From assembly GCA_017694495.1 (NCBI GenBank), contig JADIMU010000009.1, positions 3,404-67,403 on the forward strand: a stretch of DNA of 64,000 nucleotides. The letters are read 5' to 3'. This DNA is from Candidatus Aphodenecus pullistercoris (GTDB lineage: Bacteria; Spirochaetota; Spirochaetia; Sphaerochaetales; Sphaerochaetaceae). The notes beneath the pieces are model-generated. The model was given only the letters and a program-made list of their open reading frames with translations. It did not search any database and had not been told where the DNA came from. Position numbers and translations under genes: made by a program. This document shows, piece by piece, positions 1-10,600 of the stretch (the stretch's first letter is position 1; the number at the start of each line of letters is the position of its first letter).

Positions 1-668
1 TCCTTCCTCCAGAAGTCCTCGATCGCCTGGCGGATCCTGGCTCCCCTGGGGTGCCAGTAGACGAGGCCGGGGCCCGCCTCCTCGTGGAGGCTGAAGAGGT
101 CGAGGTCCTTGCCAAGCTTCCTGTGGTCCCTCCTCTCGACGTCGGCCAGATGGTCCATGTAGGTCCTCAGTTCCTTGGGGTTGGACCAGGCGGTGCCGTA
201 GATGCGGGTGAGCATGGCGTTCTTCTCGCTGCCGCGCCAGTAGGCTCCGGCGATGGACAGAAGTTTGAAGGACTCCGCGTTGAGCTCCTTGGTCGAAGCG
301 ACATGGGGGCCGCGGCACAGGTCCGTGAAGGCGCCCTGGTTGTAGATCGTGACGGTCTCGCCCTCGGGGATGGCGTCAAGGAGCTCCAGCTTGTACTTCT
401 GGTCCTTGAACATTTCCCTCGCCTCGTCGCGGCTGACCTCGATCCTCTTGAACTCCTTGCCCGCCTTGATGATGGCCTTCATCCGGGCCGTGATCTCCTC
501 AAGGTCGGCCTCGGTCAGCTGGCGGGGCAGCTCGAAGTCGTAGTAGAAGCCGTTCTCGATCGAGGGTCCGATGGCGATCTGGGCCCCGGGGAACATCTCG
601 AGGACCGCCTCTGCCATGACATGTGCCATGGAATGGCGGATCGTCGACAGTCTCTCGTCTTTCTCCAT
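1..668 (-). CDS. thrS: Threonyl-tRNA synthetase, 5' part (runs off the window)
   Basis: Manual translation from ATG 668 (SD AGGAGG): MEKDERLSTIRHSMAHVMAEAV..GFYYDF..DLCRGPHV..GAYWRG..LTRIYGTAW..RDHRKLG, typical ThrRS. Confidence 0.96.
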   Translation of the reverse strand, partial: MEKDERLSTIRHSMAHVMAEAVLEMFPGAQIAIGPSIENGFYYDFELPRQLTEADLEEITARMKAIIKAGKEFKRIEVSRDEAREMFKDQKYKLELLDAIPEGETVTIYNQGAFTDLCRGPHVASTKELNAESFKLLSIAGAYWRGSEKNAMLTRIYGTAWSNPKELRTYMDHLADVERRDHRKLGKDLDLFSLHEEAGPGLVYWHPRGARIRQAIEDFWRK

Positions 669-689
669 AGATAACCTCCTGAAACGAAG

Positions 690-905
690 ACAAGCCTTTC
701 CAGACTCATCCTCATCTGTGCAAGGACGAAACTGCAAAGGCTTGCATTCCGCGGTACCACCCTGCTTCCCCCCGAAGGGGACGCTCTTGTAGGATTTGTC
801 GCATCCACTGCGGCCCACTTGCTTTCTCGCGGGCAGCTCGGAAGGGGTTTTCATGCGGCTTGCACCAGCCGGCTTCCAGCCACGGCCAGGCCTCTCTTTC
901 ATGCA
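690..905 (-). promoter_or_regulatory. T-box riboswitch leader, Thr specifier ACC
   Basis: Minus strand: T-box AAGCAGGGTGGTACCGCGG (767-749), antiterminator 3' side TTTCGTCC, terminator CAAGCCTTT..AAAGGCTTG plus U-rich tail, stem I with AGAGAG/GGTG elements, specifier loop GAAA-ACC (848-846). Confidence 0.9.
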
Positions 906-980
906 AGTGGCGCACTACTCGTCTTCGTCAACGCTCTGACTGGGATTATGACAAGTGAGACACATTTTGGCAATACGGAA

Positions 981-1007
981 GGAGGGGGCGGAATCTCCAC
1001 CCCCTCC
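981..1007 (-). terminator. Intrinsic terminator after the hydrogenase operon
   Basis: GGAGGGGG..CCCCCTCC hairpin just past the stop at 1025. Confidence 0.6.
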
Positions 1008-1024
1008 TGGATTGTCCTTCGCCC

Positions 1025-2482
1025 TCAGATGCCCTTCTTGACCGAGGCCACAGGGCTTGCGGCCTTGCTGCCGCCACGAAGCTTCATGGCGACGGCCGGC
1101 TTGACGATGGTGCCCGGTCCGTTGATGCATCCGCCCTCGCAGCACATGACCTCGACGAGGTCGACTTCGGGGGCCCTCTTCTCCCAGCTCTTCATCAGGC
1201 GGAAGGTCTTCTTGTCGACTCCGTTGATCGGGAGCGTCCTGATGCTCTGGGGATCCTCGACGCGGGAGAGCACGCAGCCGGCGACGCCCTCGCTGACGGC
1301 GAACTGGCGACAGTACTCGTAGGCGGAAGTGTCGCCCATCTCGGCGCCCTCCTCCTCGCGCACATCGATGCCCTTGGCCATGAAGATGGCGGCAAGCTCG
1401 CTGAAGGTGATCACTCCGTCGACTCCACCGCGGCGGGCCGCCTCGACACGCTTGGCAAGGCAGGGACCGATGAAGACGGTCTTGTTCTCCGGGTCGCTCT
1501 CCTTGCACAGCTTCGAGGTGTAGATCATGGGGCTGAAGGCTCTGGAGTACCTCTCGTCGAGGAACTGCAGGTGCTTGTCGACCAGCTCCATGTAGGCCGA
1601 GCAGCAGCTCGTCGTCATGTAGCCGGCTCCCTCGCCCTTCCTCCTGATGACCTCGTCGGCCTCATGCTCAGTCGTGACGGCGGCGCCCTCGGCGACCTCG
1701 ACGACCTTGTCGAAGCCTGCCTTGATGAGGGAGGCCTTGATCTGGGCCAGGGTACCGGGGAACTGGCCCTCGATGGCCGGAGCGATCATGGCCGTGACCT
1801 TCTCGCCCTTCTCCAGCATCTTCAGCACGGGGAAGAGGCCACTGCGCTCGGCGATGGCGCCGAAGGGGCATGAGCGGGCACAGCGGCCGCAGCTGATGCA
1901 GTTCTTGTGGTCGATCTCGACGACGCCCTTCTCGTTCTTCTTGACGGCGCCCACGGGACAGGCCTCCTCACAGGGGACGGGGATGTGGACGACGGCGTGG
2001 AAGGGACACACGTCCATGCACTTGCCGCAGCGGATGCACCTCTCCTCGTTGATGTGGGCCTGGCCGTTGATGAAGACGATCGCGTCCTTCGGGCAGTTGG
2101 CCATGCACGGGCGGGCGAAGCAGCCGCGGCAGGCGTCGCTGATGCGGTACTGGTCGGGAGGACAGCCGTAGCATCCGGTCGAGATGGTCGTCAGCAGAGG
2201 CAGGGTCGGGGGATCCTCCTCCATGACCTCCTTCGCATACTGCGAGAGGGGCTTCATCTCGTCGTCGTGGCGCTCGATGTCGATTCCGAGCAGGGCCATG
2301 ATGCGGTAGCGGACGATGGCCCTCTCCTTGTAGATGCAGCATCTGTTGGGGGTCCTGTCCTTGGGGATGATTGTGTAAGGCAGCCTATCGAGCTCGTCCA
2401 GCTTGCCGGCGAAGAACAGCTTCAGGACTTCGGTGTCGATGCGCCTCTTCATCGAAGTGTACTGGTTGTTCAGTTCAAGCAT
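1025..2482 (-). CDS. Monomeric [FeFe]-hydrogenase, group B-like (HfsD-like)
   Basis: Ferredoxin CxxCxxCxxxC motifs; H-cluster motifs TTSCCSAY, GPCLAKRVEA, EVMCCEGGCING. Confidence 0.9.
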   Translation of the reverse strand: MLELNNQYTSMKRRIDTEVLKLFFAGKLDELDRLPYTIIPKDRTPNRCCIYKERAIVRYRIMALLGIDIERHDDEMKPLSQYAKEVMEEDPPTLPLLTTISTGCYGCPPDQYRISDACRGCFARPCMANCPKDAIVFINGQAHINEERCIRCGKCMDVCPFHAVVHIPVPCEEACPVGAVKKNEKGVVEIDHKNCISCGRCARSCPFGAIAERSGLFPVLKMLEKGEKVTAMIAPAIEGQFPGTLAQIKASLIKAGFDKVVEVAEGAAVTTEHEADEVIRRKGEGAGYMTTSCCSAYMELVDKHLQFLDERYSRAFSPMIYTSKLCKESDPENKTVFIGPCLAKRVEAARRGGVDGVITFSELAAIFMAKGIDVREEEGAEMGDTSAYEYCRQFAVSEGVAGCVLSRVEDPQSIRTLPINGVDKKTFRLMKSWEKRAPEVDLVEVMCCEGGCINGPGTIVKPAVAMKLRGGSKAASPVASVKKGI

Positions 2483-2735
2483 TCTTCACGGCCTCGCTGA
2501 GCAGTCTGGCGAACTCCTCCTGGGTGACCTTGCTGTGGACGGTGCCATTGATCGTCACGTAGGGAGCACCCTCTCCGTTGACCTTGCAGGCCTCGAGGCA
2601 GGAACAGCCCTCGATCTCGCACTGGGAGATGACTGCGGGATCCACGAAGTCGTTGTACAGCAGCAGGTCGCTGCCGCCCTGGACGAAGCAGGCTGTGCCG
2701 ACGCAGATTTTCACCTGAACTTTCTCTTTCTTCAT
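2475..2735 (-). CDS. Thioredoxin-like [2Fe-2S] ferredoxin (NuoE/HfsA-like)
   Basis: ICVGTACFVQG..CSCLEAC..APYVTING. Confidence 0.85.
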   Translation of the reverse strand: MKKEKVQVKICVGTACFVQGGSDLLLYNDFVDPAVISQCEIEGCSCLEACKVNGEGAPYVTINGTVHSKVTQEEFARLLSEAVKNA

Positions 2736-2747
2736 AACTCTATTCTC

Positions 2748-3944
2748 CTAAAGATATTCTTGTGAAGTCTCCTTCAAGTATATGTTTTCCAATGCGGCCC
2801 TCAGGCGGCCCACTATGGTCCGTCTGATGCCGATCTCCACAGGGATGTTGGGATCCTGGTGGGCCTCGTTGATCTTCGTTCCGACGAGGAAGTGGATCTG
2901 GTCGCTGTCCAGAAGGATCTCGACGAACTTGCGCACCGGCGTGTTGGGGAGCGTCGATGGCGGAATCTTCTTCTCAAGCACGTTGGCCACCTGGCTGAGC
3001 GTGAGCATACCCTCCGTGACGAGGTCTATGCCCTCCATCCGGCTGGCAGGAGGCACGTCGGGCGACCAGCAGCTCAGGTCGACCGTGATCTTCGCATTGA
3101 ACAGGCGCGAGACGATCAGGGCCGTCGTACCGCCCGAGACGATCTTGCGCCCGTCGAAGGCGCGGATCTTCTCGCCGAGTATGGCGTCGGACTCCTTGAG
3201 GAAGGGAGGTCCGGTGACAATCAGCGTCTTGCGCGGACGGCGGATGTAGACGACGACCGCCGTGATGTCATCCTTCGAGCACATGCCGTCCAGGCTGTTG
3301 GCCTTCTGGACGATGGCGGCCGACAGCTCGCGCGAGGAGATGTCGGGCTCCTTGGCGATCAGGTCGCGCACGAAGGCCTCGACCCCGCTGTTGCGCCAGC
3401 CGAGGGGCAGGCTCTTGCCAAGACCAGCCTGGGCCACGCCATCGGAGAACATGATCAGCCTCTCGCCTATCTCCATGTTGAAGGAGGAGTACTGTACGAC
3501 CTCCTTCTTGAAGGCGGCCTTGCGCTGGAGCTCGTTCTTCTCCCTCTGCCAGCTTATCTTCTCGGCGTCCTTGAAGCGCAGCGAGAGGGGGTTGTCGTAC
3601 TCCACCAGGCGCACCTTGATGTTCTCCATGTTCTCCTGGTAGTGGATGTCGGCGATCGTGAAGGTCGAGTAGCTGATCTTCCTCTCCTTGCACACGGGCA
3701 GCGTGTTCATGATGATCTCTGCCGAGTGCGAGAGCGAGATCGGAGAGAAGGAGAGCTTGTGGGCCATGTGGGCTGTAAGGGAAGCCAGGACGTTGGCCTT
3801 CACCCCGCTGCCAAGCCCGTCGGAGAGTGTACAGACGATCTGGTTGCTCTCCGGGTTGCGGGAGAGCAGGAAGACATCGCCGCCGATCTTCTGGCCGTGT
3901 TTGTAGATCTGGGCATAATCGACATCGATGAATACGTTGTTCAC
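2748..3944 (-). CDS. SpoIIE/PP2C-family Ser/Thr phosphatase (HfsC-like)
   Basis: GGDVF, LSDGLGSG, FSDGV, DDIT PP2C motifs. Confidence 0.9.
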   Translation of the reverse strand: MNNVFIDVDYAQIYKHGQKIGGDVFLLSRNPESNQIVCTLSDGLGSGVKANVLASLTAHMAHKLSFSPISLSHSAEIIMNTLPVCKERKISYSTFTIADIHYQENMENIKVRLVEYDNPLSLRFKDAEKISWQREKNELQRKAAFKKEVVQYSSFNMEIGERLIMFSDGVAQAGLGKSLPLGWRNSGVEAFVRDLIAKEPDISSRELSAAIVQKANSLDGMCSKDDITAVVVYIRRPRKTLIVTGPPFLKESDAILGEKIRAFDGRKIVSGGTTALIVSRLFNAKITVDLSCWSPDVPPASRMEGIDLVTEGMLTLSQVANVLEKKIPPSTLPNTPVRKFVEILLDSDQIHFLVGTKINEAHQDPNIPVEIGIRRTIVGRLRAALENIYLKETSQEYL

Positions 3945-5734
3945 TCTATATTGTCCTCATCCAGCGTGAAGCCGTCGGTATCCGCCTCCTTCTCGTTGTG
4001 GACGCTGAAGGCGTCGATCAGGCTGTTGAGCATGATCTCGGTCTCTGCGGCGTTCTCGCCGAGCAGCGAGGCGATCTGCTGGACCGTCTCCAGTGACTTC
4101 TGGATGACGTCCTCGGCCTTCTTGACGACGGTCTCCCTGCGAACGGTCGGGTTCGTGATGTCCTCGAACATCGCGCCAAGCAGACGGCCCTCCTCCACCA
4201 GGAAGAAGGTGACGCGCAGGAACTTGTCCTTGTAGTGCAGCCTGTACTGGTTCATCTTCTGGGCGTAGAACTCGTCGTTGAACTTCTGGTAGAAGGGCAC
4301 GAAGCGCTCAAGAGGCAGGCCGCTGACGAGCTGGAGCATGCTCTCGTCGAGCAGCGACTCGTCCATGTCGCCGAAGATCCTGAGGAAGTTGAGGTTGCAG
4401 TCCGCTATGTTCAGGTCCTTGTTCATGATGACGATGGCGTTGGGGATCGTCCTGAGCAGGACGTCGACCTTGCTCTGGGCCTCCTTGCGCATCTTGGTCA
4501 CACACATCTCGACCTCGGCCATGCCGGACAGGTAGGCGATGGCCATGTCGCGGCAGGTGTTGTAGCCGCAGCCGCCACAGTTGAGCTCGTCGGCCTTCTC
4601 CGTCTTGCCCAGCTCGAGGAGGGCCTTTCGGATCTCGTCCTCGCTGAAGTCGCGCCTGATCGGAGCCAGATGCTCCATCTTGGCCGTCTTCAGCAGACCA
4701 TAGCCCTCGCTGAGCACTTCGTCGACGAAGGCGGGATCGGGCTCGAAGAGCTTCTCGCCCCCCTCGAGACGGGCCTGGGTGAACTTCACGACGGCGCTCT
4801 TGCGCTCGGCAAGCGAGACGGACTTGTCGCCGACAGGGCCGTTGATGCATCCGCCCTCGCAGCTGAGGAGCTCGAGGAAGGGCATGTCGTCAGAGAGTTT
4901 GGAGAAGACGGCCTGGATCTCGCCCATTCCGGAAAGTGGGACCGCGTCCTTGTTGAAGGCGCTCGAACCCCAGAGCTTCGAGGTGACGATCTGGCCGTTC
5001 TCGACAGGATAGTAGGCGCTCACGCCTGCCTTGGCGGGGACGAAGGAGAGGGCCTCGGAAGGATCGACCGAATCGAGGCTGAAATGCTCGTCGGCCATCC
5101 AGGTCCTGAGCTCGTCCCAGGTCAGTGCGATGTCGGGATAGCCGGGCGCGATGTCGGCCTCGTTCTTCTTGGCGGCGCAGGGGCCGATGAAGATGATGCC
5201 GATGTCTTCTCCGTAGAGCTTCCTCAGATAGGCGCAGTGGGTCTGCAATGGGGATGGAACCTTGGCGAGGTATGCCGTGTCCTCAGGATGGTACTTCCTG
5301 ACGATCTCGACGACGGAGGGGCATGCTGTGGAAATCCAGGGGCACTTGCCATCGTGCTCCTCGGCGTACTTGTCGATGGCGGCCGAGACGTAGGCGGCGC
5401 CGATGGCGGTCTCACTCACGGCCCAGAAGCCGAGGCGGCGCAATGCGGCAAGCAGCTTCTCCTCCTTGCCGCGGAACTCGCTTGCGAATGAGGGTGCGAG
5501 GGAACAGATGACGCGGTCCTTCGTTCCCATGAGGACCTTGGCGCGGGACAGATCGCTCCTGATCTTCTTCGCGCTGTTGGGACACACTGCCACGCAGCGG
5601 CCGCAGAAGATGCATCTGTCCTTGATGATGACGGCGCTGCCATCCTTGATCTGGATCGCCTTTACAGGACAGGTGCGCACGCACTTGTAGCAGTCGCGGC
5701 AGTTGGTCGTCTCTGTGTAGACGGGATAGAGCAT
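3941..5734 (-). CDS. PAS-domain sensory [FeFe]-hydrogenase, group C (HydS/HfsB-like)
   Basis: N-terminal 2x[4Fe-4S]; STACPSVV, GPCAAKKNEA, ELLSCEGGCING; LNCGGCGYNTC FeS motif; C-terminal PAS-like region. Confidence 0.9.
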   Translation of the reverse strand: MLYPVYTETTNCRDCYKCVRTCPVKAIQIKDGSAVIIKDRCIFCGRCVAVCPNSAKKIRSDLSRAKVLMGTKDRVICSLAPSFASEFRGKEEKLLAALRRLGFWAVSETAIGAAYVSAAIDKYAEEHDGKCPWISTACPSVVEIVRKYHPEDTAYLAKVPSPLQTHCAYLRKLYGEDIGIIFIGPCAAKKNEADIAPGYPDIALTWDELRTWMADEHFSLDSVDPSEALSFVPAKAGVSAYYPVENGQIVTSKLWGSSAFNKDAVPLSGMGEIQAVFSKLSDDMPFLELLSCEGGCINGPVGDKSVSLAERKSAVVKFTQARLEGGEKLFEPDPAFVDEVLSEGYGLLKTAKMEHLAPIRRDFSEDEIRKALLELGKTEKADELNCGGCGYNTCRDMAIAYLSGMAEVEMCVTKMRKEAQSKVDVLLRTIPNAIVIMNKDLNIADCNLNFLRIFGDMDESLLDESMLQLVSGLPLERFVPFYQKFNDEFYAQKMNQYRLHYKDKFLRVTFFLVEEGRLLGAMFEDITNPTVRRETVVKKAEDVIQKSLETVQQIASLLGENAAETEIMLNSLIDAFSVHNEKEADTDGFTLDEDNIE

Positions 5735-5737
5735 GTC

Positions 5738-5986
5738 CTATTCCTCCAAAGCCTTCGCCAGGTGGGCGACGGCCTCCTCAGGTGTGATGGCCGAGAAGTC
5801 GGTTCCGTCTATGCGGAGGTTCGGGCCCTCCTTGCACTTGCCGAGGCAGAGGTGGCCGACAAGCTCGACCTGGTCCTCGAGACCCTTCTCCGAGATATAG
5901 GACTCGATCGCCTGCAGTATCTCGCTGTTCCCGCGGGCGAAGCAGCTTGAGCCCATGCAGAGCTCCACACTAATCTTCCTGGCCAT
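5738..5986 (-). CDS. Thioredoxin-like [2Fe-2S] ferredoxin (HfsA-like)
   Basis: LCMGSSCFARGN..HLCLGKCKEGPNL; likely start ATG 5986. Confidence 0.85.
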   Translation of the reverse strand: MARKISVELCMGSSCFARGNSEILQAIESYISEKGLEDQVELVGHLCLGKCKEGPNLRIDGTDFSAITPEEAVAHLAKALEE

Positions 5987-6010
5987 CCTTTTTCTCACCT
6001 CTTGGGAGAA

Positions 6011-6039
6011 AGTTTAAGCCCTGATTTTTCCTTAGTCAA
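6011..6039 (-). promoter_or_regulatory. Sigma70-type promoter of the hydrogenase operon
   Basis: TTGACT-N17-TAAACT on the minus strand. Confidence 0.6.
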
Positions 6040-6192
6040 TAAAATGCATCAGGGCAAGGGAATATCATCTGGAGGCGTCATTCGGCACCCCATTTGGACC
6101 CAAAAGTCCCACTTTAATTGGCCACTTTTCACATAAACAGGCATTTTGCCGCTTTCATATCACAGAACGTAACATCAAAGTCGACATTGCCC

Positions 6193-7041
6193 CTACAGGC
6201 GCCTGATTAATGTTCCACCCTTCTGCCCGAGGACGTCGATGAGCAGGTCGACGGAGGCCGGGTCGACGCTCGCCCCGGCGGTGACGCCAACATCGCAGCA
6301 GGAAATCATTGCATCCTCAAGCTCGGCAGGAGAACCGATCAGCCAGGCCGCCACTCCCCTGTCCTTCGCCAGGCGGTACAGCTCGCTCGTGTTCGCGCTC
6401 TGCCTCTCGCCCAGGACGATGACGCTCTGGCACATGTCGCACAGCTCCAGGACGGCCCGCCTCCTCCTGGAGGATGCGGGGCACACATGGCTGATGATCT
6501 CGTATGCGATGCCACGTCCATCTAGCTCGGCAAGGAGGCGGTCGGCCTTCAGCGTCGAGAATGTCGTCTGCATGATGATGTCGTAGGTCCAGGTCGGATC
6601 CAGGTCATCAAGGTCGCCAAGGTCCTCGACGACACGGATCCAGCCGGCGGCCCTGCTGACTGTGCTCAGCGTCTCGGCATGTTTCCTGAGGCCGAAGAAG
6701 AGCACAGGGAGCTGGGCCTTCGCACAGCGCATGTGGTTGAGCTTGACCAGACGGCATGTGCCGTCGACGAGGGTGAAGCCCGCCTTCTCGTAGGCCTGCC
6801 ACTCATCCAGCGGAATGCCGTGGGCACGGACCAGGGCCAGTCCCGGCTCGACGCCCTCAGGAGAGCCGATCACCTGAAGGCCCCTCTCCTCATAGCGGCG
6901 CACGACCGCATCGTTGTGGACGAGCTTGCCAATCGAGTAGATGGGACGCCGGCTTGAGGCGACGAGCTGGTCGGCCAGCTCGGTCGCACACTGGACACCG
7001 CGGCAGAAACCGTATGTGGATGCGAGATGGATATTGAACAT
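6193..7041 (-). CDS. ispH: 4-hydroxy-3-methylbut-2-enyl diphosphate reductase
   Basis: GFCRGV, LVHND, RAHG, DGTC, VCPAS, SANT motifs. Confidence 0.92.
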   Translation of the reverse strand: MFNIHLASTYGFCRGVQCATELADQLVASSRRPIYSIGKLVHNDAVVRRYEERGLQVIGSPEGVEPGLALVRAHGIPLDEWQAYEKAGFTLVDGTCRLVKLNHMRCAKAQLPVLFFGLRKHAETLSTVSRAAGWIRVVEDLGDLDDLDPTWTYDIIMQTTFSTLKADRLLAELDGRGIAYEIISHVCPASSRRRRAVLELCDMCQSVIVLGERQSANTSELYRLAKDRGVAAWLIGSPAELEDAMISCCDVGVTAGASVDPASVDLLIDVLGQKGGTLIRRL

Positions 7042-7125
7042 GGCAACAATCATTCCACACGTGGAGGCAAAAAGAAACCGCCCATCACAGGCGGCCTCTC
7101 AATACATCCCCAAAAATGCGGAAAC

Positions 7126-7536
7126 TCAGTCCTTCTTCTCGGGAGCCTTGAACTCGACAGTGTTGTCGGGCACGTCATCGCCCTTCGCCTCACCGCTCTT
7201 GTCCTCGACCTTGGCCTCCTCCTTCTTCTCCTCGACCTTCTTCTTGGCGTTGGGGTTGGTCTTGGCGGCATCCTTGTTCAGGACGGTGGAGATGGCGGTC
7301 TTTGTGAACTCGATGCGTGTGTTGTCATCGACCTTGATGACGACAGTCTGGTCCTTGACCGTGACGACGGTTCCATGGATGCCGCCGATGGTGACGATCT
7401 TGTCACCCTTCTTCATGGCGTCCAGCATGGCCTTGGTCTCCTTGTCCCTCTTCTTCTGCGGCCTGATGATCAGGAAGTAGAAGATCAGGATGATGGCGAC
7501 GAACATTATAACAGTGGTCATCATTGAGCCTTCCAT
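7126..7536 (-). CDS. yajC: Preprotein translocase subunit YajC
   Basis: FYFLIIRPQKKR..KGDKIVTIGGIHG. Confidence 0.93.
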   Translation of the reverse strand: MEGSMMTTVIMFVAIILIFYFLIIRPQKKRDKETKAMLDAMKKGDKIVTIGGIHGTVVTVKDQTVVIKVDDNTRIEFTKTAISTVLNKDAAKTNPNAKKKVEEKKEEAKVEDKSGEAKGDDVPDNTVEFKAPEKKD

Positions 7537-7677
7537 ATCTTATTCCTCACAAAACAATCTTGTCGGACTTTGTCACAACAGGATGAAAAGTAGCATCCAA
7601 GCATGACAAGCGTCAAGGATGCGCACTGTGGCAGACTTGGAGGCCCCTCCTCGTCATGACAGGCCTCCAGCCGACTG

Positions 7678-10600
7678 TCAGGTCATCGTGTTGATTGTCA
7701 CACCATCAGCGTCAATGAGGTGGGCATTGCCATACCATTCACTTCCCCACTCCTCAGGAAGGTAGCCGCACATCAGCTGTATTCTACCAGTGAAGTCCGA
7801 GAAAGCATTTTCCCCCATTGCCGTGACACTTTCAGGGATGACAACAATGCTCACTGGGTCGAAAGTCGATGAATAGTTTTCCAGCTCTGTGAAAACACCA
7901 TCCGGGATTTCCGTCACACCCTCCTCGATGACCACAGACGCAGCTGAACAGCGGTTGAGGAGAGTCTTCAGATTCGGCGGGATGCATCCACTGATCTCGA
8001 TTCTGCGTGCTCCAGGAAGCTTGCCTTTGAAGTCTTTCGAATCAACCATCCGGATTGTTCCTACTTCAAGGCCAAGCAGGCCGTCTCCCTCAAAGCCTCC
8101 ATGGCCGATTTCAATCTCATCAACCGAGTCTACATTGCGGAAAGCGTAGGTGTCGACAAGCGTGACAGCATCTGGAATGTTGACTTTCTCCAGCGCATTG
8201 CAGTTGCGGAACACTTCGTTGCCGATTTTTGTCACAGAGGCAGGGAGGCGGACAGTCCTGAGTCTGATGCAGTCTGCGAAAACGAATTCCTCAAGCTCAC
8301 TGTCTTCAGGGATATTGACAGCCACAAGACTGTCGCTGCCGGCAAAACCATGCAGCTCTCTGACTGAAGCCGGGATATCCACTTCCGTGATTCCCGTGTC
8401 CTGGAAGGCCCAGTCCTCAATCACTTCAAGGCCCTCCGGAAGGTCGATTTCAATGAGCTCCTGGCAACCAGAGAAGCTTCGTGTGCCAATCTGCCTGAGA
8501 GTGGATCCAGAGGCAAACGTGATGCCGGATAGTCCAGTGCATCCAGCGAACACACCTGTGTAGTCGCTGCTGAGGTCGTCAATGCCCAGCACGCTGACAC
8601 TTGCAGGAATCACAATCTCCTCAATGGAAGTGCATCCGGCGAACACGCCATCACTCAGGCTCTCGACACCTTCTTCCAGCACCACAGCCGACAGATTCAC
8701 ACAGTCTTCAAAGACCCCGCCATCAAGGCTCTTCACATTCCCTGGGATTTCCACTCTCGTCAGAGTCCCGCAGGAACTGAACACACTCCCTTCTATGCTC
8801 TCGAGAGTCGATGGAAAAACGATTTCGCCAATGCAATCCAGCCCCTGGAAAAGGCTGGTGGACAGCGTCGTCCAGCCATCAAGCAGGACAAGTGTGAATG
8901 TGTTGTCAAGCGAGCTGAGGGCTGCTTGGATGGAGTTCATCTTGTAGCCATCGAAAGGACCGACACGAAGCTCTTCAAGATGCGACAGAGGAAGGCCTTT
9001 TCCGCCATCATATACGCTTCCCAGCTTTTCAATGTCGTCGATTTCGAGCACAGTTACATTGCAGCCATCAAAGCTGTGCTCGGAGCAGATCATTGTGTCA
9101 CCTGTGATGGAGCTGTCGAAAATGACTGTCCTCAGCGCAGTGCACCCAGAGAAGGAATAAGGGCACGCGTAGGAGATTCTGACTTCCTCCAGACTTGTGC
9201 ACCCCTGAAAGGCATAGTTGCTGGCATAGGCCACAGGCAAAGAAGCGTCCAGAGCCTCGCAGCGGAGAGAGGAAAGGGAAGAGCATCCGGAAAAGCCATA
9301 TTCGAAGACAGTCAGGGATGTATTTCCAGCTACAGTGAAGTCTGTCATAGCTGCGCAATCCTTGAAAGCATTCTTTCCGACCTGATAAGTGTTGCCTATT
9401 TCGACAGTCGCGAGCTGCGCACAGCCTTGGAAGGACTCTTCCGGCACGATGAAGGTGCCGCTGTTCTCATAGATGAAGGATTTCAGTCCGCTTCCCTTGA
9501 AGACGCCTGTGCCGAACCTCTCGACATCGCCGAGGATTTTGACAGCTCCAAGTCCCTGCACGCCGGAGAAGGCCCCATCAGGAATCTCGCTGACACTCTC
9601 AAGGACAATGTCGACATCAAAGTCCTCATATGCAAGGCACTCGCCAAGCCCCTCAGGCAGGCTGTCCCTGACGACAAGCGTGCCAATATGCTCAAAGGGC
9701 AGATCCTCAAAGCCTTCAGGAAGTGCTGTCAGCCCATCAAGGACTAAAGTCTGCAATTGAGTGCACCCGTCAAATGCCGCAACCCCGATTGACTGCACAG
9801 ACGGGCCGATTGTGACTTTCTCAAGACCGAGGCAGTTCTCAAAAGCACTGGCCTCTATGCTCTCCACATCCCCGACAAGCAGGATTTCCTTCACGCCAGA
9901 TCCTGCAAAGGCACTGGATTTGATGACAGTGACTCCATCAGGTATCTGGATGGATGCAAGGGCAGTGCAATTCTCGAAGGCGCCAGAGGGAATGAATGTG
10001 ATGGGTGAAGCTTGAGCGAAAACAACTTGAGAGAGAGATGAACAGCCACTGAAGACATTGTAGCCGAGCCCTGTGACAGAAGCTGGAATCGTGATTGAGG
10101 AAAGTGCTGTGCAATCCTTGAAGACCTCTGGCTCGATTGCCGCAACACCTTCTCCAATTGTGACATTCCCAAGTCTTTCCAGACCACTGAATGCCCCCTC
10201 GCCTATCTCCCTGACAGAGCCGGGAATCGTGATGGATGCAAGCGATGTGCAATCCTTGAAGGCATTCTCACCTATGACAGAGACAGCATCGCCAATATGG
10301 ATTCCTTCAAGAGAACAGGCTCCTTCGAGCATTTCATACGTGATTTCCTCAAGCTCTCCACAAACTGACATCTGCCGCACACTTCCCATTGCAGGACCAT
10401 TCCAGCTGTAGTCGCCAAGCATGGACTCAAGCTCCAGAACCTCAATGTTCCCTGTCCCGTCAAATGCATTCTCCCAGTCGCATGCAACCCCAGGGCCGAT
10501 TGCGAGATGGACAAGATTCGGCTTGTCGGCAAAAGCCTGCGCGGGAACAGCGCACGATGCCTGTGAGGATTCGATTATGATTGTCTCGAGACTCTCAGGC

